Assembly: GCA_030527235.1 (NCBI GenBank) | Contig: JAUNBL010000001.1 | Location: 76,911 to 140,910 of the forward strand | Direction of reading: 5' to 3' | DNA length: 64,000 nucleotides | DNA from: Clostridia bacterium | Lineage (GTDB): Bacteria > Bacillota > Clostridia > UMGS1883 | Shown: positions 1-10,990 of the stretch, piece by piece | How positions within the stretch are numbered: position 1 is the first letter of the stretch | How the letters are laid out: each line of letters begins with the position of its first letter | Program-made: the position numbers and the translations under genes | The notes under the pieces: model-generated | The model's database searches: none | Told to the model about the DNA's origin: nothing | What the model saw: the letters and a program-made list of their open reading frames with translations, nothing else

Positions 1-1365
1 ACAGTTACCCGTGATGTTTTCCCAGCTATCCTTGAATAATGCTTTTAACTGTGCCATATTCTGAATAATAATTGATACCGAAATACGCCGTGACCGCATT
101 GTTGCAAGTATGCGTTCAAAGTTATCGGGCAGAGCGACATTGGCAAACTCGTCCATCACGATATGCACTGGGATAGGCAGCTCGCCGCCGTGATTATTGT
201 CCGCATTGAAATACAACGCTTGAAAGGCTTGTGTATATAACATTCCGACAAGGTAATTAAAGGAATTGTCATTGTCGGGAATAACGCAAAATATGGCGCG
301 CTTGCGTTCGCCGAGAGTGCCTATATCAAGATTATCGTATGAAGTCATTTTCGCTATCTCCGGCAAGTTAAATGCCGCAAGCCGCACCGCCGCTGAAATC
401 AATATACTTTTCGCCGTTTTGCCGCTTGCCTGTTTGAAAATTTTATATTGCCGTACCGCAATATGCTCCGGCTTTTCGTCCTCCAAGCCTTGAAAAAGAA
501 TATCCACAGGGCTTTGATAGCCGCTTTCGTCCTCATCTTCAACGGTTGCTGCGTTTTCGATTAAAAACATCAGCATTTCAAAGGTCTGTTCTTCGGGCGG
601 AGCTTCGTGCAGAAGATAGAGCATCAAGGCACTATCAAGAGCAATTTCGGATTTTTCCCAAAACGGGTCGTTCTGCGATGCGTTTTTCGGTGTTGTATTC
701 TGAATAAGGTTTGAAATCAGCTTTATAACATCTTCATCTTTGCGGATATACACAAACGGATTATATCCGTCCGAGTTTTCCGGCTCGATTAGGTTGAACA
801 CCTTAATATCATAGCCGTTTTCGATGAGTAACGGTGCAATGCTTCGGAGCATTTCGCCCTTTGGGTCTGCGACTATGAAAGAAGTGTTGCACTGCATTAA
901 ATTCGGTTTTGCGTAAAACCGGGTTTTTCCGGCGCCGCTGCCGCCGACCACAAGCACATTGAGGTTTCGTCTGTGCTTTTTTGCGTTTAAGCCAAGCCGC
1001 ATATTTTGAGATAGAATGATGTTTTTATAGCTGTCCTTATCCATATACCGCTTGACAACGCTTTTGACATTGCCCCAGCGAGCCGAGCCGTGTTCCTCGC
1101 CCGGTCGGCGGTTTTCTCTTGACGAAAAATACACGCCGATACCCATTGCATACAAAAACAAGAAAATGAGTACGGCTTTTAAGCTATACTCATTCAATGT
1201 GATGTGCGTAGGGTTATTCATAGCGGCTGTCAAACGGTCAAGCAATTCAAACAGCTTTATATTCTCCTCATAGCACCCGGCAACCATTAAGGCAAGCCAT
1301 ATAACGAATACCGAGAGTATTCCGAGTAGGATATATATTGTCTTTTGATTTTCCTGCCTGTTCAC
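1..1365 (-). CDS. virD4: VirD4/TraG-family type IV coupling protein (5' part; runs off window; absent from ORF track)
   Basis: Manual translation from GTG 1365: two N-terminal hydrophobic segments, RRPGEEHGSARWG, Walker A VVGGSGAGKT, Walker B MDEFANV. Reading at the window edge is in the same frame (..DSWENITGNC). Confidence 0.92.
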   Translation of the reverse strand, partial: MNRQENQKTIYILLGILSVFVIWLALMVAGCYEENIKLFELLDRLTAAMNNPTHITLNEYSLKAVLIFLFLYAMGIGVYFSSRENRRPGEEHGSARWGNVKSVVKRYMDKDSYKNIILSQNMRLGLNAKKHRRNLNVLVVGGSGAGKTRFYAKPNLMQCNTSFIVADPKGEMLRSIAPLLIENGYDIKVFNLIEPENSDGYNPFVYIRKDEDVIKLISNLIQNTTPKNASQNDPFWEKSEIALDSALMLYLLHEAPPEEQTFEMLMFLIENAATVEDEDESGYQSPVDILFQGLEDEKPEHIAVRQYKIFKQASGKTAKSILISAAVRLAAFNLPEIAKMTSYDNLDIGTLGERKRAIFCVIPDNDNSFNYLVGMLYTQAFQALYFNADNNHGGELPIPVHIVMDEFANVALPDNFERILATMRSRRISVSIIIQNMAQLKALFKDSWENITGNC

Positions 1366-1400
1366 GAGGTATCCCTTACTATCATTAAAATTTGAAGCAT
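1362..1400 (-). CDS. Putative 12-aa leader peptide (MLQILMIVRDTS) overlapping the virD4 start
   Basis: AAAGGA RBS 9 nt upstream of ATG 1400; its TGA overlaps the virD4 GTG as GTGA. Confidence 0.35.
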   Translation of the reverse strand: MLQILMIVRDTS

Positions 1401-1423
1401 TGTTATCAGTCCTTTCCGAAAAT

Positions 1424-1474
1424 AAATAAAAGGGGCAGCCCCTGCATAAGTTTCCTTATACAAAAGCTGCCCCC
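1424..1474 (-). terminator. Intrinsic terminator upstream of virD4
   Basis: Minus strand GGGGCAGCTTTTGTATAAG-GAAA-CTTATGCAGGGGCTGCCCC (19-bp stem with G-U pairs) followed by TTTTATTTATTTT. Confidence 0.75.
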
Positions 1475-1489
1475 AAATGTGTGATAGGC

Positions 1490-2266
1490 TTACTTACAGA
1501 ATTTTTCGTTGTAAATTTCCATAAGTTCATTTAATCTTTTATTCTGTTCTACCCATTGTGCCGTGACGGGTACCCCCGTCTTTTCGTCAATGTAATTGCC
1601 AAAGGCGAGGATTTCATCATTACTTGCATAAACTCTCTGCACCGCCGGAGCGTTATACATCACCGTTCCGTTTGGAATCCATTTTGCGTAAACGGTATCG
1701 CTTTCATTGAAAGTAAACTCCGCTACCCGATTTTCCTTTGTTTGCGGGTCTGAATACCAACCGTCAAAGTCATAGCCGTATCTTGTCGGAATAAACTCCG
1801 TAAGCGATATTGTTGTTCCAAGCGGTTTTACAACAGACTCAATGTATGAGCCGTCCTCTGCGGCAAAGGTGAGAGTGCGTGTTCCTGTCAAGCTCCAATG
1901 TGCATAGAGCGTTGTATCGGAATAATACTCGGTGTCGGACGATACCTTTTCGCCGTTTTCGGTAAACCAACCCTCAAACTGATAGTCGCTGTTACGATAC
2001 GGCAGTGGAAGTTTGATTTTATTCTGCTCCGTAACGGCTTCTGTGATGTCGGTTTTGTAAATTCCGCCGTATAATGAGCCGCCGTTACAATTAAGCGTTA
2101 TAACTCTTTCGCCTTTTAAGGAATATAGTGTTTTTTCCTTTCCGCACTCACATACATAAACCTTTGAATCCTGTTTTGTATATTCGTGCGTGTGTGCCGC
2201 CTGTGCGGCAAATGAGGTTGATAAAATGAGCATTGCCGCAAAGCTCGCAAATACTGTTCGTTTCAT
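1490..2266 (-). CDS. Secreted protein with two InlB B-repeat-like domains
   Basis: Signal peptide (MKRTVF...AQA); two repeats of P.R..Y.F.GW(F/Y)...T(L/V)YA.W; GGAGG RBS. Confidence 0.8.
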   Translation of the reverse strand: MKRTVFASFAAMLILSTSFAAQAAHTHEYTKQDSKVYVCECGKEKTLYSLKGERVITLNCNGGSLYGGIYKTDITEAVTEQNKIKLPLPYRNSDYQFEGWFTENGEKVSSDTEYYSDTTLYAHWSLTGTRTLTFAAEDGSYIESVVKPLGTTISLTEFIPTRYGYDFDGWYSDPQTKENRVAEFTFNESDTVYAKWIPNGTVMYNAPAVQRVYASNDEILAFGNYIDEKTGVPVTAQWVEQNKRLNELMEIYNEKFCK

Positions 2267-2307
2267 TTGAAATTCCTCCGTTTCAATAGTTTATTTTCGG
2301 TATCTTT

Positions 2308-2336
2308 ATTGTATCACCATATAAAAAGACCGTCAA
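2308..2336 (-). promoter_or_regulatory. Sigma-A promoter for the 258-aa gene
   Basis: TTGACG-17 nt-TACAAT with TGn extended -10. Confidence 0.65.
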
Positions 2337-2378
2337 AAAATTTTCTGAAACGAAAAAAGACGAACATTGTGGTTCGCC

Positions 2379-2579
2379 TTATTTATATCGTATGACAGGC
2401 ACATTTTTCATCTTGCCGCCTATTTTCTGCCGTTGCAGAGCAAACACCATATCGGGAGTTCTTTCAAAAAATCCAATATCTTTTTCCCAACTCATACCGC
2501 ATTTACAATGTTGTAATCCGATAAATTGCTGTTTCATTTTATGTCCGCAATTCGGGCATATTTTATTACTTGCACCCAT
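2379..2579 (-). CDS. Small Cys-rich (CxxC...CxC) hypothetical protein, 66 aa
   Basis: GGAG RBS, CPNC and CKC motifs, own promoter candidate. Confidence 0.7.
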   Translation of the reverse strand: MGASNKICPNCGHKMKQQFIGLQHCKCGMSWEKDIGFFERTPDMVFALQRQKIGGKMKNVPVIRYK

Positions 2580-2608
2580 TTTTATGCTCCGTTCCTAATA
2601 TATGTTTT

Positions 2609-2637
2609 ATCATATCACAAGAATGCAGAGAAAGCAA
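2609..2637 (-). promoter_or_regulatory. Sigma-A promoter for the 66-aa gene; -35 overlaps hairpin 2628-2657
   Basis: TTGCTT-17 nt-TATGAT with TGn extended -10; GAGAAAGCA...TGCTTTCTC inverted repeat just after the SLH gene stop. Confidence 0.55.
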
Positions 2638-2672
2638 CCATTTGCGGCTGCTTTCTCCCATTTGCACAAAGG

Positions 2673-4969
2673 TTATTTCACCCAAGTTTCGGAATTATCG
2701 TGTGTGTTTGCAAGGTGTGTGTTGCTTGCCTCTGCTATCGCATAAAACGCCCAATGCAAATTGTTTTTAAGGTCGGTAAACTTATTGAGCAACGAAAGAT
2801 TTTTATTGATATATCCCTCGTCAGCAATTCTGCCGGTTGCTTTGTTTACAACAGTTACAACTTCTGCTCTTGTAATAGCGTTATCGCCTTTGAATGAGCC
2901 GTCAGCGTAGCCGTTAAGCCAGCCTGCGTGTTTTGCATAGGCAATATCGGAATATGCCCAATAATTTGTTGCAACATCGGTATATTTTACTGTGTATCCG
3001 TCCTTTTTAACATCGCTGAACAATGCATCAAAGCGCACCGTCATTGCTACAAATTCCGCACGGGATATGTTTTCGTCCGGCTTAAAGGTGTTGTTGTCAT
3101 AGCCCTTGATAATGCCGTATTTTTCGATATATCCGATAAACTTTGAATACCATTCACTTGACTTGACATCTGCAAAGTCGGATTTGCCGCTTATCTTTTC
3201 GCCTTTCTTTTCGGAAATAAGCCTTGCAAAGATAGCAGCAGCTTCAGCACGGCTCATATTATTGTCCGGTCTGAAAGTGCCGTCACCATACCCGAAAATA
3301 TATGCCTTATGCTCTGATGCCGGAAGTATCAGCGTACCGTTTTTATCCGTTGTGCCGTTTGCTGAATTGTTCTTTTTATCCTTTAAGGTAATGGTAACAT
3401 CAGCTTTGGAGTTACCTTTGCTGTCGGTTGCCTTAATGGTGTAGTAGTTATCATTTGTCAAATCTGCACCATTCGGAAGTGTCAATGTAATATTTCCATC
3501 TTTATCGGTTGATTTTGAAACAGATACAGTTTTGCCGTTTTTGTCAGTTACTGTAATATTTGTGATATTGGAACTGATGTAGCTGCCACCGCTGCTGCCG
3601 CCACGACCACCACCACCCGAAGATGAACCACCGCCGGACGATTTCACCGGAAGTGTAACCTTACCGTTTGCATCGGTTGTGCCTGTCTTTTCGGTTGCCT
3701 TGTCCTTAATGGTAACCGACACACCTTTAACAGCTTTATTTTCTTTGTCGGTAACTGTTACGGTTGTCTGATTTGAGGTAGTCAAAGTCTTATCATCGGG
3801 AAGTGTAACGGTAATTTTGCCGTCTTTAATCTCGATAAAGGCATTTTCGATTTTGCCCTTTGTGTCTTCAACCGTGATGTTGTATTCGGTTTTGGTTTCC
3901 TCGGTATCGGTCTTGCCATCACCGTCCGTATCTTTGCCGGGGATAGTTTCGGAAATATCCGTTTTTCCGTCCTTATCCGTTACACCCTCATTTGACGGTG
4001 GAAGAATAATAACTCCGTCTTTATCGGTAACACCTGTCAAAGACTTTGTTTCCGTACCCTCAAAAGCTTTTTCGGAAACAATAACACTCATATCCTTTAC
4101 AGCCGTATTATCTGCCTTATTTGATACGGTTACGATAATTCTGTTCGCATAATCAAACTTTACACCTTCGGGTAATTCAACAGAAATGTTTTCTGCCGAT
4201 TTAACGCTGTCGTCCTCATTTTTGATTTCCGCATTATGTTTGATATGTGCCTTTTCAATAGCTCCGACAGCATTTTTCACTGTTACAATATATCCGTCAA
4301 CTTCGCCGTAGCCGTTGAAATCGGTAACATCAATGTTTGTCGGCGGCACGGTTGCTTTTCCGTTTTCGTCCGTAACATTGCTTTCCGTTCTGTCGGATTT
4401 GTCTGTGAAAATAACGGTCATATCCTTAACAGGCTTATCCTCACTATCGGTAATTGTTGCGGTAATGCGGTTGCTTATGTCGATTAGGCTGCCTTCGGGA
4501 AGCATAACATTTATCTGTCCCTCACCGATAGTAACAAAAGCATTTTCGATAGGCTTTGTTTCGTCTGTAATTAAAACATTGTAGCCGTTGACTTTTGCTT
4601 TTCCCTCGCTGTCGGTAATATCCTCCGAAAGCGGCGGAACAACCATTTTTCCGTTTTCATCAGTTTTGTCTGTCAAGCTCTTTTCAGCCTTATCCGAAAC
4701 GGTAACGGAAATGTCTTTCAAAGGATTTCCGTCTTTGTCGGTTACGGTTACTGTAATACGGTTTGAGTAGTCAATACTTGTTCCGTCCGGCAATGCTACA
4801 GAAATTGTGCTGTCATCATTCAGCTTTACAAAAGCGTTTTCGATAGCTCCGCTCTCGTCATTGACAAACACATACATTCCGTCAATGCGTACTTTACCCG
4901 TATCGTCCGTAAAACCATCTTTGGCGGTCGGCAATGTGATTTTTCCGAACATATCGGTTACGCCTTTTT
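2673..4969 (-). CDS. Exon 2 of large surface protein: repeated beta-rich domains, Gly/Ser linker, C-terminal SLH domains
   Basis: SLH motifs GYGDGTFRPDNNMSRAE, GYDNNTFKPDENISRAE, GYADGSFKGDNAITRAE. No signal peptide. Joins exon 1 in frame after intron removal (DYI-E-KGVTDMFGK). Confidence 0.9.
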
Positions 4970-7717
4970 GTTGCGATAGGTAAGCTATTGATATTATCTC
5001 TTGCTTTTCCCCCGCCTAACACTGTACGTGCGACTTTCACCGCATACAGCGTCCCATCATTTTACTTTAACTAATTGTCCTATGTATTTGCGTTTTAATC
5101 ATATTTATTCGTGTCATTTGATTTCTTCTAATCCTGCTAACACTCGCAGCTTGTTGAGTTTTTTCATTCCATTTTCGGATATTTTCAGACCTTTTACATA
5201 TTTTGAGATGACATCTGGACTTTTTGCGTGAATTAAAATGTGAATATCTTTTGTAACAAATATAAGATTTTTATATGTATCATCTCCGCCAAGCTCTCTC
5301 GGCATTTTATGATGACATTCCATATTTCCTATTGTTAGTTTCTGACCTGTTATTGCACATTTTCCGCACTGTCCCGTGTATAGTGAAATTCTATTATCAT
5401 TGTATTCTATTGACATATTTCTTGCTGGATTTTCAAGCATATATCTCATAATATCAATGTCAATATCAAAAGATTTATATATTTCATTTCTACCTTCAGG
5501 AGTGTATGAGCTAATGCTTGCCTTAATTCCTCTGGGCGTTCTGTATTTGCAGTATCCAATAGGAATGATTGGCTTGTCCATTAACCACCTTACTTGTTTT
5601 GATTTGCCATATCTATGTAAAAGAAATTTACTGTCAAATTTACCCTCTTTACTTGTATTGAGCCTATTTTGCATTGTATTTCTGACTTCAAATTGTATCT
5701 CTCTAAAATCTTCAAAAATATGCGTTGCTATACAGTAATAATTTTGAATACCTATTACTGTTGAGTTGTATTTACAAATTCTTGTGAATAACTGCATATC
5801 ATTTTCGGGCTTTTGAATTGCTTTGATTTGTTCTTTTAGCTTTTCTTTTGCCCTTAGACGAGCCTTATCACACATCTTTGTTTTTGCCACGTTCTTATTC
5901 GATTTTTCCCTAAGTTTCAATTTGAAGCCAAGAAATTCACTGTATTTTCTTTTGAGATTCGTTATACCTGTTTTATTTTCTGACACTTCTAATTTCAATC
6001 TGTGATTTAACCATTGGGTTGTTGCGAATTTAATTTTGTTCGCATCACTTCTTGTTTTACAGAATATCTTGAAGTCGTCAGCATATCTAACAATATACAT
6101 TTCTTTAAGGTTTGTAGTTCTTAAATCTCTGTATTCGTGCGCCAAATCTCTAACTCCTGATTTTCTTATTTGCATTTGCGGTGGTTTTTTCATTACTTTC
6201 CACTGCAAGTGCCATTGTGAAGCAATCCACCAATCCAATTCGTTTAATACAACATTTGCCAATAAAGGTGATAATATACCACCTTGCGGTGTTCCTTTTT
6301 GTGGGTATTCAACCGTTCCGTCAGGTAATAAAACTGGTGCTTTTAGCATTTGTTTTATTACTTGTATCAACTTTGTGTCGGTAATGCCTAAAGTCCATAG
6401 TTGCCTTAATAGTTTTCTGTGATTGACATTATCAAAGAAGCCTTTTATATCAACATCTACCACATATTGCATATGCGACCGTTGCATTAGTCTAACACTT
6501 TCGGCTATTGCATTTTCAGCACTTCGGTTAGGTCTAAATCCATAAGATTTTTCATAGAACTTTGCCTCACAAATTGGTTCAAGGATTTGCAAAATACATT
6601 GTTGTATTATCCTATCTTCAATACAAGGTATTCCAAGAGGTCTTTTCTTTCCGTTTGGTTTTGGAATTTCAACTCTTTTTACCATTTTGGGATGGTAGTT
6701 TTGCAACTTTCGCTGTATGTATGCCAAGAACATTTCTTCACTCATATTTTTAAAATATTCAATGTTTTTCTTGTCCGTTCCGGCAGTGTGACTACCCTTG
6801 TTTGCTTTTATAGACCTATATGCAAGTTTTATGTTGTTAGGTGATGTTATTAACTCCATTAAGTTATTGAAGTTATTTCCCTTTGAACTTTTTGCATACA
6901 ATTCATCTTGCAAAATCTGCATATCATAATAATTTGCGATTGTTGCCTTATGATTTTTCACATTCACATATACATCATCTCCTTACGGAGTATGACAATT
7001 TCTATTGTCCTACTCGACTTTGTGAATTAGTACATAGAATTTAGTCTTTGTAAAATGACTTGTGGCTATCCCTCCACTATGTTATCCATAGTTTCAACGG
7101 TACTGTGCCACTACCTTCAATTAGATAAAATTGAGTTCCCTCGACTTCCTTTGTTCAATTAGAGTCGTTTCCTCAATAACACTCCCTTGTAATAGGTTTG
7201 TTGATGAGTGTTCTAACCTTACCACGTTCCAATAATTCTATCATTAGTCATACTTAGGTGCTTCCTATGAGCCTGATTGCTTGATTGTGCCTCTAACACA
7301 ATAAGGATTTTCATAACATCGAGTTTTACTCACCCTCACAATCACTGCATTTAGCAGTATGCACATTTCTATACATTCGACTTATAGACCCGTACATTCA
7401 GAAGTTCGTCAGATATTCCTATCATTCTCACCATATATGACCGACACCCGACCTATCATACCCTCGACCACCTCTGGTTCGCATTTCCTCAGCATTTTCT
7501 GTTAGGGGGTACTCTCAGCCTTACTTCACCGAGCTTCGCACCTTAGTTGTATTACACCAACTAACGCACGTCGGAGTATCAGTGCAGGCGTTTCAAGGCG
7601 TTACTCTCTCATTCCACCTGTCAAATTATTAGTTCTCCTAATTTTCCTCATATTAAATTGTATATATAACTGAGGTTCGATTAGTGCGTAAGCTTTTCAC
7701 TTACGAACGTGTCGCAC
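4970..7717 (-). mobile_element. Group II intron (2,748 nt), probably bacterial class B, with intact intron-encoded protein
   Basis: 5' end GTGCGACACGTT at 7717; domain V GACGCTGTATGCGGTGAAAGTCGCACGTACAGTGT (~5019-5053); 3' end CCTATCGCAAC at 4970. Removal restores the host reading frame. Candidate EBS1 CGATGT (7316-7321) is complementary to the last 6 nt of exon 1 (ACATCG). Confidence 0.93.
5114..6967 (-). CDS. ltrA: Group II intron reverse transcriptase/maturase with HNH endonuclease
   Basis: RPLGIP, GTPQGGILSPLLAN, RYADDF; C-terminal CAITG...ECHHK...NL HNH domain. Confidence 0.96.
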   Translation of the reverse strand: MNVKNHKATIANYYDMQILQDELYAKSSKGNNFNNLMELITSPNNIKLAYRSIKANKGSHTAGTDKKNIEYFKNMSEEMFLAYIQRKLQNYHPKMVKRVEIPKPNGKKRPLGIPCIEDRIIQQCILQILEPICEAKFYEKSYGFRPNRSAENAIAESVRLMQRSHMQYVVDVDIKGFFDNVNHRKLLRQLWTLGITDTKLIQVIKQMLKAPVLLPDGTVEYPQKGTPQGGILSPLLANVVLNELDWWIASQWHLQWKVMKKPPQMQIRKSGVRDLAHEYRDLRTTNLKEMYIVRYADDFKIFCKTRSDANKIKFATTQWLNHRLKLEVSENKTGITNLKRKYSEFLGFKLKLREKSNKNVAKTKMCDKARLRAKEKLKEQIKAIQKPENDMQLFTRICKYNSTVIGIQNYYCIATHIFEDFREIQFEVRNTMQNRLNTSKEGKFDSKFLLHRYGKSKQVRWLMDKPIIPIGYCKYRTPRGIKASISSYTPEGRNEIYKSFDIDIDIMRYMLENPARNMSIEYNDNRISLYTGQCGKCAITGQKLTIGNMECHHKMPRELGGDDTYKNLIFVTKDIHILIHAKSPDVISKYVKGLKISENGMKKLNKLRVLAGLEEIK

Positions 7718-10700
7718 CGATGTAGTCCGCATCTCCGAGCGTTATAACCGTAACGCCCTGCTGCGGCTGTCCGTGCTGGTCGGTAACAGTTATAATAACG
7801 GGATATTCACTTGTCGGCTTAATGCCGTCCGGCAAATCAACAACAATATTGTTGCTCTCGCCGATGTAAACCTCGCAATTCGGAATAACGACATTCATTT
7901 TGTCGGTAGCCTTTACGACAAATGTGTTTTTCTTATCCTCGTCATCTTTGCCGACCGTGCCGCTGTTATCACCGGTAGAGGTTTTGTTGTTCGGAACTTT
8001 AAGCTGACCGTTTTCATCTGTTTTACCTGTTGCTGCGTTATTGTTTACATCATAGATAAAAATCTGCAACTCCGATTTCGGCTGCTGTGAATCCGTGTTA
8101 ATTGCAGTTATAATGGTTTGGTCTGCATAATCAAGCAGTCTGCCGCTTGGCAATTTGATAGTTACATTATCATTGATGTCAATGCTGATTTCACTATCAA
8201 AAATCGGTTTCCCGTTTGCGTTGGTTACAAGAATAGAAAAATCTCCGACTTTGGAATTACCGTCCTCGTCCGTGCGATCTTTCTCTACAAGCTGCGGAAT
8301 TGATGCTCTTGAAAGCACCTCACCGCAAGTCAAGCACTCAATATGTTTTTCTCCGGCGTGTTCGATAGTAGCAGGCTCGTCAATTATCCAATCGGACGGA
8401 TTATGTCCCGTCATATCCTTGTAATCTGCCGTATATGTTTTACCGCAGTTTTCGCAAGTGTAGACGGTATATCCGGAAGCCGTACAAGTCGGCTCGGTTA
8501 CATCAGCAATATAACTGTGATTGATTTTATCGGTGTAATCGCTGATATATTTATAATCACAGTTTTTACACTCATACACCGTATATCCGAGAGCCGTGCA
8601 AGTCGGAGCAGTAACGGTCTTTTTATAATCGTGCGCCGCCTTATCTACATAATCAGCCTTATAGCTATCTCCGCAGCTTTCACAGGTGTAAATTGTATAT
8701 CCCATTTCTGTGCAAGTGGGTGGAACTACGGTTTTATTGTAGGTGTGCTTTTCACAGTCGGTTAAATCGCCGATATACTCCTTGCCGCAGTCGGGGCAAG
8801 TATAAACGGTATAACCGTGTTCGGTGCAAGTTGGCGGAATAACCTTTTTGTCATAATTATGTTCTGTCTTATCAGTATAATCCGCAACATAGGTATCACC
8901 GCAGTCGGCACAAGTGTAGGTTGTAAATCCAAATTCCGTACAAGTCGGGTTTGTAATTTCTGCTTTGTAATTATGAGAGAGCTTGTCTGTATAATCTGAA
9001 ATAAATTCATCATCACAGTTTTTACAAGTGTATGTTGTGTATCCCATAGCCGTACAGCTCGGAGCAGATACGGTCTTTTTGTAATCGTGTTCTGCCTTAT
9101 CGGTGTAATCGCCAACATAGCTGTCATCACAGTTATCGCATTTGTATTCTGTATAGCCCATAGCTGTGCAAGTCGGAGCAACTATCTTTTCGGAATAGCT
9201 GTGTCCTTTCGGAAGTGCTAATACCGTACCACACTTTTCACAGGTTTGCGGCTCTGTGCAAGTAGCAGCCTCGCCGGGTGTGTGTCCCGTTGCAGATTCC
9301 GCTTTAATCATCTTTTCTTTACAGCCTGCATTGGTGCAGTGATACTCAATTACACCGTCTGACGTACAGGTAGATGAAGTTACAGAATGACCTCCATCCC
9401 AATTATGACCTGTCGGCTCTGTGTAATCCGATACAAATGTCTGTCCGCACATAGTACAAGTTGAGGTCGTATAGCCTTTATCGGTACAGGTCGGCTCTTT
9501 GGTGATACGCTCATAGGCGTGTGAAATAATCGGTGTCATATCGGTTATATATGAGTTGCCGCAGATTTCACAAGTATGATTTGTATAACCTGTCATTCTG
9601 CAAGTAGGCTGTACTTTTTCTGTCTTGTATTTATGCTCGCCGACGGGAGTGGTTTCCTCATAAAAGCTGCCGCACTTGTCGCAAAGGTTTAATTTCAAAC
9701 CACCCTGTTTACAAGTAGCTTCTCTTATGGTGATTGCCTTGTAATTATGCCCGGTTGCCTTTGTGTAATTTCTCTTATCGAGATTTCCGCAGCCATCGCA
9801 CTGCCAGCGTTCATAACCGAGGTTATCGCAAGAGGGAGCAACGGTTTCAAGGTAGCGGTAATCGTGTTCGTGCTTTTCGGGAAGTACGATTATTGTACTG
9901 TCATCGTCTTTCTTATCCTCCAAAAGCCACACATACGATACACCGTTTTCAACCATTGTTTCACCGTCGTATTTATAACTGATTTCATAGTACACGGGGT
10001 AATATCCGGCTTTGGTGTAATTCGGTGCGGAGGTCATATAACAGTCGGAGGCGGTTTTGCCGTAACGGATTTTTGTATGCACACCGCTGTCGGATAAATC
10101 GGATACGCTTACCGTATGTGCGTCACCGTCCGCCGTTCCGTAATAAGAAGATACAACCGACTTTGCCGCAACATATTCGCTTGTGGTATAGCCGCAGTCA
10201 TCGCACTTTTCCGTGAGATAAAAGCGGTTGTTGCCGATCTGTCCGTCAATCGTGCTTGTAAGGTCGTGCGACTCTTTCTTGATATTAGCCTTTGCATAAG
10301 TTCCTTTGCAGAATTGGCAGTATTCGCCCTTCTTTAATACGGTTGTGTGCTGATGTTCGTCATACAACTCGTAAGTCGTATTATCAAAGTCGATAAAAAA
10401 GTTGTGGTCGCAGGAGTTCAAGCCATAAACATTGTTGTTGAAGTTATATGCTCCCGAACCGTCAACGGAGTTAATTGTGCCGCAAGTCTGACACACAGAC
10501 TTTGTGTAATGATACCCCGTATAGCTTGCATCCACGCCGGGAGTGCCGCTGTCCGTGTTACCTTTTTTCTTGCCCTCAAGGTCATAACCGTCTGACCACT
10601 TAACACCGTGATTCATAGCCGTCTGTCCCGATTTGGTGTATTCGGGTACACGGTAGGTTAAAACAGTTGTGTGCTTATTGCATACCGGACACCACTGTGT

Positions 10701-10889
10701 TTCATAGGTTACGGTTGCGTTCATATCAAGTTCATTGGTTCTGTTATTTGTTTTCAGCCAATTATCCGCAGGATCTACATATGTGTTGCTTTGTGCCGCA
10801 AAGACCGACACGGGGAGTGTGCCTGCAACAAGAATAACTGCAAGCAGCATTGAAATAACCGATTTCATAGAAAAATGTTTGGTTTTCAT
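7718..10889 (-). CDS. Exon 1 of large surface protein: signal peptide, Cys-rich N-domain, 14 His/Cys repeats (spliced product ~1,822 aa)
   Basis: Signal peptide MKTKHF...VFA; tandem ~38-aa H.Y...PTC...GYT...CxxC repeats. The ORF-track end GATRS* is read-through into the intron. Confidence 0.9.
8290..9875 (-). repeat. Fourteen tandem ~38-aa His/Cys repeats (putative Zn-binding stalk)
   Basis: Example unit HDYKKTVTAPTCTALGYTVYECKNCDYKYISDYTDKIN; 14 units counted in translation; boundaries approximate. Confidence 0.85.
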
Positions 10890-10935
10890 AGAATAAAATT
10901 CTCCTTTACAAATTTATAGTTTGGTTTATACATTA

Positions 10936-10966
10936 CGAAAAGCCGCCATATTTACGGCGGCTCTCG
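10936..10966 (-). terminator. Terminator-like hairpin between pcfB-like and surface protein genes
   Basis: Minus strand AGCCGCC-GTAAATAT-GGCGGCT then TTT. Confidence 0.55.
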
Positions 10967-10990
10967 GTAGCGTGGTTGTGTAATGTTCAT

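Noticed and set aside
1400-2672. Extra domain V/VI copies for C.te.I1-style alternative 3' splicing
   Set aside because: No second domain V-like sequence seen in the downstream intergenic regions.
5114-6967. Reverse transcriptase as retron, DGR or CRISPR-associated RT
   Set aside because: YADD RT with maturase and HNH domains inside canonical group II intron ends; no template/variable repeat pair or cas genes seen.
7380-7400. Candidate EBS2 of the intron
   Set aside because: Only partial complementarity to the exon; cannot be assigned without folding domain I.
8290-9875. ~114-bp periodicity as a CRISPR array or DNA-level repeat
   Set aside because: Period is a codon multiple and conservation is at the amino-acid level.
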